A stretch of 64,000 nt of DNA from a virus: the IMG/VR virus record IMGVR_UViG_3300045988_051021. The stretch is one strand, 5' to 3'. The notes below the pieces were generated by a model. It searched no databases, had not been told where the DNA came from, and saw only the letters and a list, made by a program, of their open reading frames with translations. Of the stretch, positions 18,430 to 26,690 are shown piece by piece. The stretch's first letter is position 1; every line of letters starts with the position of its first letter. The position numbers and the translations under genes are program-made.

Positions 18430-19349
18430 TGGAAACTAAGGAACTAATTATCTGTAGAGGTATTCAAGGCTCAGGTAAATCTACTTGGGCTAAGCAATGG
18501 TGTCACGAAGACCCAGAGAATAGAATTAGATTCAATAACGATGACATTCGTAATATGTTAGGTGACTATTGGGTTCCCAACAGAGAAAAGGTTGTTACTG
18601 CAACATATAACACTGTACTAGCTTATAGTATGGAGAAAGGTTATAACATTGTAGTAGACAATATGAATCTAAATCCAAAGACCTGTGCAGAATTGGAGAA
18701 AATGGTTAAAGATTTTAACGAGAATTATACTTATGATTGGAAGTATGAGGTTGAATATAAAGACTTCTTTATTCCAGTTGATGAGTGTATTCGTCGTGAT
18801 GCTATGAGACCTAATCCCATTGGTGAGAAGGTTATCAAAGCAACTTGGAGAAGATACAGAGATTTTATTATCCGAGAAGACATTAACAATATGCTAAAGA
18901 GAGCACCTAAACACGTAGACGGAGGACGTCCTGTCATATTAGTTGATATGGATGCTACTTTATGCCTAAATACATCAGGTAGACCTTATTATGGAGAAGG
19001 TGCAGCTGAGGGTATGCTGGATGATGTAGCCATAGAAGGAACTTGTGCTCTTGTTAGGCGTATGTACGAGAAGTGCAAAGTCTTTATCGTTACTGGTAGA
19101 GAAGGCACTCCAGAGATTATAGCAGCTACTAAGAAATGGTTGGCTATGCACGATGTTGCTGTGGATGAATTATTCTTTAGACCAGTTAAGGATTATAGTC
19201 CTGGGGCTGATTGTAAGAAGAAAATCTATAAAGATAATATCGAGGGTAAGTATAATGTTCAATTTGTTCTTGAAGACAATTATAAATGTGTCAAGATGTG
19301 GAGAGAACAAGGCTTACTATGTCTACAACCTAATGAAGGAAAATTCTAA
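18429..19349 (+). CDS. pnkp: polynucleotide 5'-kinase / 3'-phosphatase (T4 Pnkp/PseT-like)
   Basis: GTG start (TAGTG overlap); N-terminal P-loop GIQGSGKSTWA (18459-); C-terminal HAD phosphatase VDMDATL (DxDxT, 18945-18959); collinear with T4 Pnkp along its full length as I recall it. Confidence 0.9.
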   Translation: METKELIICRGIQGSGKSTWAKQWCHEDPENRIRFNNDDIRNMLGDYWVPNREKVVTATYNTVLAYSMEKGYNIVVDNMNLNPKTCAELEKMVKDFNENYTYDWKYEVEYKDFFIPVDECIRRDAMRPNPIGEKVIKATWRRYRDFIIREDINNMLKRAPKHVDGGRPVILVDMDATLCLNTSGRPYYGEGAAEGMLDDVAIEGTCALVRRMYEKCKVFIVTGREGTPEIIAATKKWLAMHDVAVDELFFRPVKDYSPGADCKKKIYKDNIEGKYNVQFVLEDNYKCVKMWREQGLLCLQPNEGKF

Positions 19350-19594
19350 TGAGTATTATACAAGAAATTCAGAACTTGCATCTAAAAAGAGTTGATGTAA
19401 GTAAAGTAGAGAACAAGGGAGACCATAGTCTTATCTATATCACAGGAGGCTTTAATGGTACTGGTGAGTGGGATTTCTACTTGCAACAGATGCAGGAAAT
19501 AGTCAAGGTCACAAATGGCTGGATTGTTAGTTTAAAAAATGATTGTTTAGATGACATATGGTATCTTGTTATAGGAACTACTAAACCATGCTAG
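19349..19594 (+). CDS. hypothetical protein
   Basis: 81-aa ORF, TAATG coupling. Confidence 0.5.
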   Translation: MSIIQEIQNLHLKRVDVSKVENKGDHSLIYITGGFNGTGEWDFYLQQMQEIVKVTNGWIVSLKNDCLDDIWYLVIGTTKPC

Positions 19595-19749
19595 TAGGAC
19601 AATTAATTGAAATCCTCAAGCAATTTGACCAAGATAGAGAAGTTATGATTCATACTCTAAGTGGTCAGAATGCTGAAGTTAAAGGATATTTCCCTAAAGA
19701 TGATGAATATTTTTATCTAACAGACTTGGATGTAGTTCCAAGAGACTAA
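19588..19749 (+). CDS. hypothetical small protein (53 aa, below ORF-track cutoff)
   Basis: ATG at 19588 overlaps the upstream stop (ATGCTAG); read by hand as MLVGQLIEILKQFDQDREVMIH...; fills an otherwise empty 158-nt gap. Confidence 0.35.
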   Translation: MLVGQLIEILKQFDQDREVMIHTLSGQNAEVKGYFPKDDEYFYLTDLDVVPRD

Positions 19750-19752
19750 CTT

Positions 19753-20085
19753 ATGGATGATATTAAAAAGAGGTTTCTAACCAATACTGATGAAACTGGA
19801 AGATTTATTGTTAAGTCCTTAACTACTGGTAAGACATATTATGTTGAACCAGTAGGCAACGGACACCCCGCTGATTGGGGTGATATTAACCCTGCTACTA
19901 AGAAGGTAGAGGGAGATTATGGTCAGAAATATACTGGCTGTGTATCTGAGAAGGAATCATTAATAACTCCTGAGAATGGTTTCAAACTTATTGAAACTCT
20001 TGAAGCCGGTATGAGTCCGCTTAGTGCAATATATCAAAGAGATTTGGAATATGAGAAACTAATGAACAAATCAAATGAAATTTAA
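19753..20085 (+). CDS. hypothetical protein
   Basis: 110-aa ORF. Confidence 0.55.
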   Translation: MDDIKKRFLTNTDETGRFIVKSLTTGKTYYVEPVGNGHPADWGDINPATKKVEGDYGQKYTGCVSEKESLITPENGFKLIETLEAGMSPLSAIYQRDLEYEKLMNKSNEI

Positions 20086-20614
20086 GGGTGACATTATCAT
20101 AACAGACCCATGTTATATAATCAAAGATAACTCTGACGATTGGGATAAGTGTGGTTGGGGTGAGAATATGGGAATATTAGGTTTTACAACCTATATCTCT
20201 GAATATACTCTTTGTGGAGATTGGAGTTGTTCTACTTGGTCTACACCCCGTAAGGATGTGGAAGCACAGTTGGAGGAGCTTAATACTCTGGGAAGAGCAA
20301 GATGGGAACTTATGAAGCAGTATGGAAAAGACTCAGTTCAAGCTAAAATATACAATGATAAGATAGCCGATGCATCTTTAAATGTTGAGAGGGTTGGACA
20401 CTTCTCTGCTGATACTGGTATGGTGGCTGTGTTGCTATTGGACGAAGTATTGAAATATAATCCCGACTTCGATTATCATATTAACAGAGAGTGGACTACT
20501 ACACTAATCAAAGACTTTGATGGTGAAGTGAACTACTATGTTGATAGTGAAGATGATGCTCGCATCATCGGAGTAGGTAATATTAACTTCTTTACTTCAC
20601 AGGTTGGAATATGA
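20075..20614 (+). CDS. hypothetical protein
   Basis: 179-aa ORF. Confidence 0.55.
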   Translation: MKFKGDIIITDPCYIIKDNSDDWDKCGWGENMGILGFTTYISEYTLCGDWSCSTWSTPRKDVEAQLEELNTLGRARWELMKQYGKDSVQAKIYNDKIADASLNVERVGHFSADTGMVAVLLLDEVLKYNPDFDYHINREWTTTLIKDFDGEVNYYVDSEDDARIIGVGNINFFTSQVGI

Positions 20615-20961
20615 CAGAGCGAGAATTTCACTTAGCCAGAAAGCCATTCTATATTGATACCGATACTTTATTGGTAAAATTCCCTACCCAGAAACACATG
20701 GATGTATCTCATGCTAAATGGCTTAGCGAGATTGGTTATCCATTCTCACATACTATTAGGGGATACTATATGAAGACTGACAATGATGAGTATCTTATGT
20801 TATACTGGAATGATTATGAAATTCCCAATGTTGTAACTGCACTCTTTACTTACCTATTTGAATACTTCCCAACTGTCAAATGGATAGGTTTAGGATGCCA
20901 CAAGGGCAAGGTAGGGGAAATATGGAAACCTAAGTTAGTAATAACCAAACCAGATTATTAA
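20611..20961 (+). CDS. hypothetical protein
   Basis: 116-aa ORF, ATGA coupling. Confidence 0.55.
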   Translation: MTEREFHLARKPFYIDTDTLLVKFPTQKHMDVSHAKWLSEIGYPFSHTIRGYYMKTDNDEYLMLYWNDYEIPNVVTALFTYLFEYFPTVKWIGLGCHKGKVGEIWKPKLVITKPDY

Positions 20962-20970
20962 ACTGATATA

Positions 20971-21729
20971 ATGTATAAATTCAATGGAGGAAATGGCGCT
21001 GTAGTCTGTGATGGATGTAGTGTCATTATGGAACAGAATATTCCATTTGATAAGTATCGTAAGGAGCATAGTGGTTATGACTTCTGCGAGCAATGCCTAA
21101 GTAATCTTACTATAGTGGATAACTTTGATATGATTGAGAATATCTTGGAATTTAATAACCAAGATGAGTTCTACTTTCTACAGATTATCCAACGTAAGAA
21201 AGATGGCAATGTAACTCAAATTGGAAACAATGGTTATAGAACTATTAAGACTTACTATATCTTTAGTAAAGACCAGTTCTTAACCAAGAAAGAGAAGATT
21301 AAGGAACTATGCCTCAAGAATAATGCCAGAGCATATATCCATCTTAATAGAAGGAATGCTCAAGAAGTAGCATTGGCTTCAATCCAGCAATATGCCAAAT
21401 TAGTCTCAGAAGGTAACTCTTATCAGGGTTATAGAGTATGGGATAGTGCGTGTGGTGGAAATAGAGCTAGAGGCTATAAACCATTGTGGGTAGTTGATGT
21501 AGACTCCAAAGACCCAGAATATTTAAAGACAGTTATTGAACTAGTCAATGAATGTAGGGGTGCTGAGGAGAATAAGGTAAGGTATCAAATTCCTACACTA
21601 CATGGTTATCATCTAATAACTATTGGATTCGATGTTCAACAGTTCAGCCAAAAGCTGGCTATTAAGAACATGGACCCGATTGATATTCAGAAGGATAATC
21701 CTACTTTGTTGTATTATGCAACTGTTTAA
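20971..21729 (+). CDS. hypothetical protein; possible small AEP-type primase (Zn-ribbon + DxD / GxH / D motifs)
   Basis: N-terminal CDGC..CEQC; LWVVDVD (DxD), ~35 aa later PTLHGYHLIT (sxGxH-like), ~25 aa later IDIQKD; sits just upstream of the DNA polymerase. Confidence 0.35.
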   Translation: MYKFNGGNGAVVCDGCSVIMEQNIPFDKYRKEHSGYDFCEQCLSNLTIVDNFDMIENILEFNNQDEFYFLQIIQRKKDGNVTQIGNNGYRTIKTYYIFSKDQFLTKKEKIKELCLKNNARAYIHLNRRNAQEVALASIQQYAKLVSEGNSYQGYRVWDSACGGNRARGYKPLWVVDVDSKDPEYLKTVIELVNECRGAEENKVRYQIPTLHGYHLITIGFDVQQFSQKLAIKNMDPIDIQKDNPTLLYYATV

Positions 21730-21787
21730 GGCTTAGAAATAAGTGCTGTATTAGATTACTCGTTAGGATTTATAAAAGCAAAACACA

Positions 21788-22012
21788 ATGAGTAATTTAC
21801 CGTTAGGGGCTGAGAATGACCCTTTTGCTCCTTACAATGTTAAGGAAGAAACGTTTAAATTTGATTTAGGTGTTAAGGGTATTGCATGGTATGAGTACTA
21901 TGGTTTCCTGGACACAGATGAAGCTAGAGAAGACATCAAACAACGTCTTGTTGCAGCTTTATCACAGCTTGGAGATATTGATATTAAGGATGTAGACATA
22001 TCTATATATTAA
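21788..22012 (+). CDS. hypothetical protein
   Basis: 74-aa ORF, TAATG coupled to the polymerase gene. Confidence 0.5.
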   Translation: MSNLPLGAENDPFAPYNVKEETFKFDLGVKGIAWYEYYGFLDTDEAREDIKQRLVAALSQLGDIDIKDVDISIY

Positions 22013-24180
22013 TGATATATTTAGTAACCAAGCAGCAGTCTCTCTGGACATCTGACAGATATAAAGTCATTAGTGCAGAAGAGGCTTTAGAATTATTAGC
22101 ACCTCTCAGCGTAGTAGAGCTGGATACTGAAACTATGGGTTTGGACCCGTATACTAAGGAACTGTTAACCGTTCAACTTGGTTGTGCAGAATTTCAAGTA
22201 GTTATTGACTGTACATCTGTGGATATACACCTGTTTAAGGAGTATATGGAAAATCCTCAAAGAATGTTCTTGGGCTGGAATATCAAGTTTGACTTGAAGT
22301 TCCTATACCATCAAAGAATTGTTCCATTAAGGGTTTATGATGGTTATCTAGCCGAGAAGCTATTATGGTTAGGCTATCCAGCAGGTATGCATGAGATGAG
22401 CTTGAAGGCTGCCAGTATCAATTATCTAGGAGTAGATATGGATAAGTCTGTACGAGGTAAGATTATACAGACTGGATTAACGGAAGATGTTATTGTATAT
22501 GCTGCTGGTGATGTCTCTTATCTGGGTAAGATTAGAGATAAGCAACTTGAACAACTCGAAGCTAAAGGCTTATTAAAGGCTATTGACTTTGAGAATGAGT
22601 TTGTTAAGTGTTTAGCATATATAGAATATTGTGGGGCTAAGTTAGACGTAGGTAAGTGGAGAATTAAAATGACTACCGACCTTAATAACCTTGAGAGATA
22701 TGAAGCAGAGCTAAATGATTGGGTAGAGCGTTATTGCCATGAATATGGTGATAAGGGTTATACTATCAATCAAGTTATCCACATTGATAAATGGTATAAG
22801 ACAGAGGATGCACTCAAAGAAGAGAGAGCTAAATTACCTCTTAATGCTGTTAGAGCACCAGAGTTTGATTCTACTGGAGCGAGTCATGACAATGAAGCTT
22901 ATGTCATTAAGCAAACTGGTAACTATTGTTCTGTAAATATACAAGGTGATTTGTTCAATGGATTTGACACTAAGCCAAGATGTCATATAAATTGGACTAG
23001 CTCCCAGCAAGTAATCCCGTTATTTGAGGAATTGGGATTAAACCTTAAAGTATTGGATAAGAAGACTAAGCACTACAAGAAGTCTGTGGATATTAAAGTG
23101 GTAGAACCACAGGCATCTAAAAGTCCTTTGATTCCAATATACATAAAGTATAAGAAAGCTGCAATCATTGTTAATACCTTTGGTCAGAAGTTCTTAAACT
23201 TGATTAATCCTGTAACTGGTAGAATCCATGCCAATTTCAACCAGTTAGGAACTGATACTGGAAGGTTAAGTTCAACAGAACCTAATCTACAGAATTTACC
23301 ACATGATGCTCAAACTAGAGCTTGCTTCGTATCTGATAAGGGGAATAGATGGATTTCTGCTGACTATAGTGGTCAAGAATCTTATCTAATGGCATCTATG
23401 GCTAACGACGAAGCTATGTTGGATGAACTTATTAATGGTAGTGGAGACTTACATAGTCTAACCGCTAAGATGGTATTCCAACAAATTCCAAGAGATATGC
23501 CCCTAAAGGATATTAAGAAGAATTTTAAAGACCTAAGACAAGAAGCTAAGGGTTATGAGTTCTGTTTCAATTATGGTGGTCAAGACAGTACCTTAATAAG
23601 GAACTATGGTCTTGATGCTAAAAGAGCTAAGGAAATCTATGAGAATTATATGTCTGGTTTTGCTGGATTGAAGAGGTATCAAGATTTCAGAAGAGTAGAT
23701 GTGATGCGTAAAGGTTATATCTTATTAAGTAAGATTACTGGGCATAAGGCATATATCTATGATTATGATGAACTTAAAAGGCAGATGGGAAAGCAAGATG
23801 ACCCTGATTTCTGGGCATATTATAGAGAAATGAAGCAGGAGAATCCTGAGTGCGATACAGTACAAGGTGTCAGGCGGTTAGCCAGACGTAAAGCTGAGTC
23901 TGAGAAGCAATCTATTAATTACCCGATTCAGGCTGCTGGTGCATTGTGTTTTAAGTTAGCATCTATAAAGCTATTCAACTGGTTATTGAAGAATGACTTG
24001 TTATTCAAGGTTAAGTATTGTATTCCAGTACATGATGAAATTAACCTTGAAGCTCCAGATGAAATTTCAGAAGAAGTTGCAGATATATTAGTTAAGTGCA
24101 TGGTAAGTGCGGGTAAACCATTCTGTACAAGAGCACATTTAGGTGCTGATGTGGAGATTGGAGACCATTGGATTCATTAA
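22012..24180 (+). CDS. family A DNA polymerase with 3'-5' exonuclease domain
   Basis: Exo I VELDTET, Exo II WNIKFDLKFL, Exo III YAAGDVSYL; Pol motif A ISADYSGQESYL, motif B RQEAKGYEFCFNYGG, motif C IPVHDEI. Confidence 0.95.
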   Translation: MIYLVTKQQSLWTSDRYKVISAEEALELLAPLSVVELDTETMGLDPYTKELLTVQLGCAEFQVVIDCTSVDIHLFKEYMENPQRMFLGWNIKFDLKFLYHQRIVPLRVYDGYLAEKLLWLGYPAGMHEMSLKAASINYLGVDMDKSVRGKIIQTGLTEDVIVYAAGDVSYLGKIRDKQLEQLEAKGLLKAIDFENEFVKCLAYIEYCGAKLDVGKWRIKMTTDLNNLERYEAELNDWVERYCHEYGDKGYTINQVIHIDKWYKTEDALKEERAKLPLNAVRAPEFDSTGASHDNEAYVIKQTGNYCSVNIQGDLFNGFDTKPRCHINWTSSQQVIPLFEELGLNLKVLDKKTKHYKKSVDIKVVEPQASKSPLIPIYIKYKKAAIIVNTFGQKFLNLINPVTGRIHANFNQLGTDTGRLSSTEPNLQNLPHDAQTRACFVSDKGNRWISADYSGQESYLMASMANDEAMLDELINGSGDLHSLTAKMVFQQIPRDMPLKDIKKNFKDLRQEAKGYEFCFNYGGQDSTLIRNYGLDAKRAKEIYENYMSGFAGLKRYQDFRRVDVMRKGYILLSKITGHKAYIYDYDELKRQMGKQDDPDFWAYYREMKQENPECDTVQGVRRLARRKAESEKQSINYPIQAAGALCFKLASIKLFNWLLKNDLLFKVKYCIPVHDEINLEAPDEISEEVADILVKCMVSAGKPFCTRAHLGADVEIGDHWIH

Positions 24181-24181
24181 T

Positions 24182-24403
24182 ATGGGTAAGTATATAGACT
24201 TGTGTACAGTAATTGATGTAGAGCCTGAAGTATCTCAGGTTCTAGGTCTTATTGAAGATGAAGACCTCTTAAGTGAGTTCTGGCAGAGAATGGATGAAGA
24301 TTTCTTTAGAGTCTTCGTTGAAGATTACTGTAAGGATAGTGATATTCGTATCATAAAGAAGATAATTGATGAGGTGTGTCAAGAAGAATCTAAAGAGGAT
24401 TGA
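24182..24403 (+). CDS. hypothetical acidic protein
   Basis: First ATG after the polymerase stop; 73 aa. Confidence 0.5.
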   Translation: MGKYIDLCTVIDVEPEVSQVLGLIEDEDLLSEFWQRMDEDFFRVFVEDYCKDSDIRIIKKIIDEVCQEESKED

Positions 24404-24930
24404 TGCACACTGAGATAGAAAGAAAATTCATAGTTACTGACAGTACTTTTAAACAGAGTGCTGTCAGAATTATGGATATTCGTCAGGGATATGTAGGAAC
24501 TTCTAGCAATGGAGAAGCTAGGGTATCTATAAGAGATGAGAAAGCATGGGTTATCATAAAGTCCAACGGATGTTTAGCAAGATTGGAGTATGAAATTCCA
24601 ATTCCTAAAAAGGATGCAGAGGAATTGCTCTCATTTACTTGCGACAGAGTAATCCATAAAACTCGTTATATTATTCCATGTGAGGATAGTATGCTTAAAT
24701 GGGAAGTTGATGAGTTTCATGGTGAGGATGAAGGATTAATCATTGCTGAGATAGAGTTACCACGCAAGGATATGCCATTTGAAAAACCTCAATGGCTTGG
24801 TAAAGAAGTAACACAAGATACTACTTATTATAACTCTACACTCTCTAAGACATCCTGGAAAGCTATTCAGAAGTCATATGCTGAAGCTAAAGCTTGGGAG
24901 GATTGGAGGGATTCATTAGTAAAAGGATGA
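24403..24930 (+). CDS. CYTH-domain triphosphate tunnel metalloenzyme (NeuTTM-like inorganic triphosphatase)
   Basis: TEIERKFIV (ExExK), RQGYV, IKSNGCLARLEYE, HKTRY, WEVDEFHG...IAEIEL, PQWLGKEVTQDTTYYN. Collinear with Nitrosomonas NeuTTM-type proteins as I recall them. Confidence 0.85.
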   Translation: MHTEIERKFIVTDSTFKQSAVRIMDIRQGYVGTSSNGEARVSIRDEKAWVIIKSNGCLARLEYEIPIPKKDAEELLSFTCDRVIHKTRYIIPCEDSMLKWEVDEFHGEDEGLIIAEIELPRKDMPFEKPQWLGKEVTQDTTYYNSTLSKTSWKAIQKSYAEAKAWEDWRDSLVKG

Positions 24931-25202
24931 AGTATAGGAAGAAACCAGTTATCATTGAAGCTATACAGTTTGAAGATAATTCAGACCGTATTATAGAAAT
25001 TCATGAGTTTATGGGAGGTGATACTATAAGAGTAAACTACGAAGATAAGGATAATCCTTATCTGAAGATTGAGACTCTTGAAGGTATAATGAAAGCCTCT
25101 GTTGGAGATTATATCATTAAAGGAGTGAATGGGGAGTTCTATCCTTGCAAGCCAGATATATTTGAGAAAACTTATGAAAGAGTAATTGATGAGGCTGATT
25201 AA
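24927..25202 (+). CDS. hypothetical protein (common phage small beta-rich family)
   Basis: ATGA overlap with the CYTH gene; KKPVIIEAIQF ... GDYIIKG..GEFYPCKPDIFEKTYE. Confidence 0.55.
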   Translation: MKYRKKPVIIEAIQFEDNSDRIIEIHEFMGGDTIRVNYEDKDNPYLKIETLEGIMKASVGDYIIKGVNGEFYPCKPDIFEKTYERVIDEAD

Positions 25203-25617
25203 ACCATCATTTGAAATAATTGAACAAAAGCCTGGAATAGATGGGCTGTTACAACATATAGAAAGATGTGGTAGAACTTGTTATAAGTCAGAAGACAAAA
25301 TAACAGAAGATAGTGCAGAGAAATTTGTCAATATGCTTGTAAATCGTGGTCATACTGCAATGGTAGAACATGGTACTGTATACCTGACACTTGGTATGCC
25401 TGATAGGTGGGCATATTTTAAGTATTGTACTAACAAATATTCTGAAGCTATTAGTGAGGGTGAGGCTGAAAAAGGTACATGGGTTGGTTATGTAACTACC
25501 AATTACAGAGTGCTATTGCAGAATGATTGGTTAGATGATTTGCAGTATTTAACAGAGCCTACTAAGCATATTAGAAAAGTTACTGTTAAGTTTGTATGTG
25601 ATAGAGGAGTATCCCAT
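25189..25617 (+). CDS. thyX: FAD-dependent thymidylate synthase ThyX, exon 1
   Basis: HIERCGRTCYKS, GHTAMVEHGTVYL. The reading frame leaves ThyX-like sequence right after ..CDRGVSH (codon CAT 25615-25617) and hits a stop at 25633-25635. Confidence 0.85.
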
Positions 25618-25709
25618 AAGAAATTTGTGGCTTAATACAGTAATGTATTGAGAAAACCCAATGAATTGCTGGAAAGCTAAATTTATTAGGTTATTTAAAA
25701 ATTTATTAC

Positions 25710-25719
25710 TATATTTGTA
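25710..25719 (+). promoter_or_regulatory. possible internal promoter for the intron ORF (TATATTTGTA)
   Basis: Same TAT(A/C)TTTGTA box as at 2861/2961/36619; 27 nt upstream of the ATG at 25746; no clear -33 TTTG. Confidence 0.3.
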
Positions 25720-25745
25720 CTATAATAAATTTAATAGTTATAGTT

Positions 25746-26501
25746 ATGAAAATAGGTGATAAATTTAATGATTGGACTGTTATTGATGATAAATCAATAA
25801 ATCGGAATGGGGCTACCATGTATTTATGTAAATGTAAATGTGGTAAAGAGCAGTATGTTCAAAGCTCAGGTTTAAAGTTGGGAAAAAGTAAAATGTGTAA
25901 AGAGTGTAGTAGTTTAGCCAGAAGAGCTAAGATTGATATAGGCAAAAAATATAAATCCTATACTGTAATATCTGGGCCACATAGACGAAACTCCCAATTA
26001 GTATATTTAGTAAGATGTGAATGCGGAAGTGAACATTATATGCCGGCTTCTCAAATACTAGATCCAAACAAGTACTTTAAGTGCAAAAGATGTGCTTCTG
26101 GTAATATAGTATCTGGATTTAGGGAAGGATTTTTAAACACCTTTAAAAGGAGTGCAGAATCTAGAGGAATATTTTACTCAGAAGGCCTTACGCCAGAATA
26201 TTTGTATAAGTTATTAGAATCTCAAAATTTTAGATGTGCTTTATCAGGATATAAATTACTTCCGAATGATACTCTTGATGACACTAAACAAAATTTGGAC
26301 CTATCTTTAGATAGAATAGATTCTAGTAAAGGTTACGAAATAGGAAATGTTCAATGGGTTACTAAATATGTTAACTGGGCTAAGAATGATTTATCTCAAG
26401 AAGATTTTATTAATTTATGTATTGCAGTTGCTAATAAACATGCTAATCAGCAGCCAAGCCAACCTTTAACAAAGTTGGAAGGTTCAGAGACTAACAGTTG
26501 A
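25746..26501 (+). CDS. intron-encoded HNH-type (His-Me finger) homing endonuclease
   Basis: Two repeated Zn-ribbon modules (YLCKCKCGKEQYV / YLVRCECGSEHYM, each followed by a CxxC); C-terminal LSLDRIDSSKGYEIGNVQWVTKYVNWAKN is typical of the phage HNH family that has DRID in place of DHID. Confidence 0.8.
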   Translation: MKIGDKFNDWTVIDDKSINRNGATMYLCKCKCGKEQYVQSSGLKLGKSKMCKECSSLARRAKIDIGKKYKSYTVISGPHRRNSQLVYLVRCECGSEHYMPASQILDPNKYFKCKRCASGNIVSGFREGFLNTFKRSAESRGIFYSEGLTPEYLYKLLESQNFRCALSGYKLLPNDTLDDTKQNLDLSLDRIDSSKGYEIGNVQWVTKYVNWAKNDLSQEDFINLCIAVANKHANQQPSQPLTKLEGSETNS

Positions 26502-26690
26502 AACTATGAATTATATAGAAGAATATAAAAAATGTATCAATAATTTTGATTATTGGTTAGAACATTATGTTAAGTTTATAGAATATAATACTGACACGAG
26601 TGTTGGGCATCCTGTAAAGGATGATGATATAGTCCGATACTCCTTGGAAATGAGGAGAGTTAAGGATAAAGAGCCTTAACATAACAAATG

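Larger units (their letters stand above)
25618..26690 (+). mobile_element. group I self-splicing intron (phase 0) carrying a homing-endonuclease ORF
   Basis: The 5' exon ends in T (25617) and the intron ends in G (26690). P element AATTGCTGGAAAGC 25664-25677; Q AATCAGCAGC 26445-26454 (GCUG/CAGC pairs with P); R GTTCAGAGACTA 26482-26493; S GATATAGTCC 26626-26635 (GACTA/TAGTC = P7). Joining the exons restores ..GVSH-EFVRHRVFSFAQESTRY. Confidence 0.85.

Noticed and set aside
21730-21787. Possible hairpin (GGCTTAGAAATAAGTGC) after the 20971-21729 gene as a terminator
   Set aside because: The stem is short and bulged, and there is no downstream T-run. It is not comparable to the clear terminators at 3586-3628 and 37000-37030.
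7307-24180. Inteins or further introns in nrdD, the helicase, the ligase or the DNA polymerase
   Set aside because: Protein lengths and motif spacing are normal for each family. No Cys/Ser...His-Asn-Cys/Ser/Thr splice-junction blocks or homing-endonuclease insertions were seen. Only thyX is interrupted.
26506-26679. 57-aa ORF in the 3' part of the thyX intron (MNYIEEYKKCINNFDYWLEHYV...)
   Set aside because: It spans the region that must fold into P8/P7'/P9 of the ribozyme, including the S element at 26626-26635. It is short and has no motif. More likely it is non-coding intron core, though a small intron-encoded peptide cannot be excluded.
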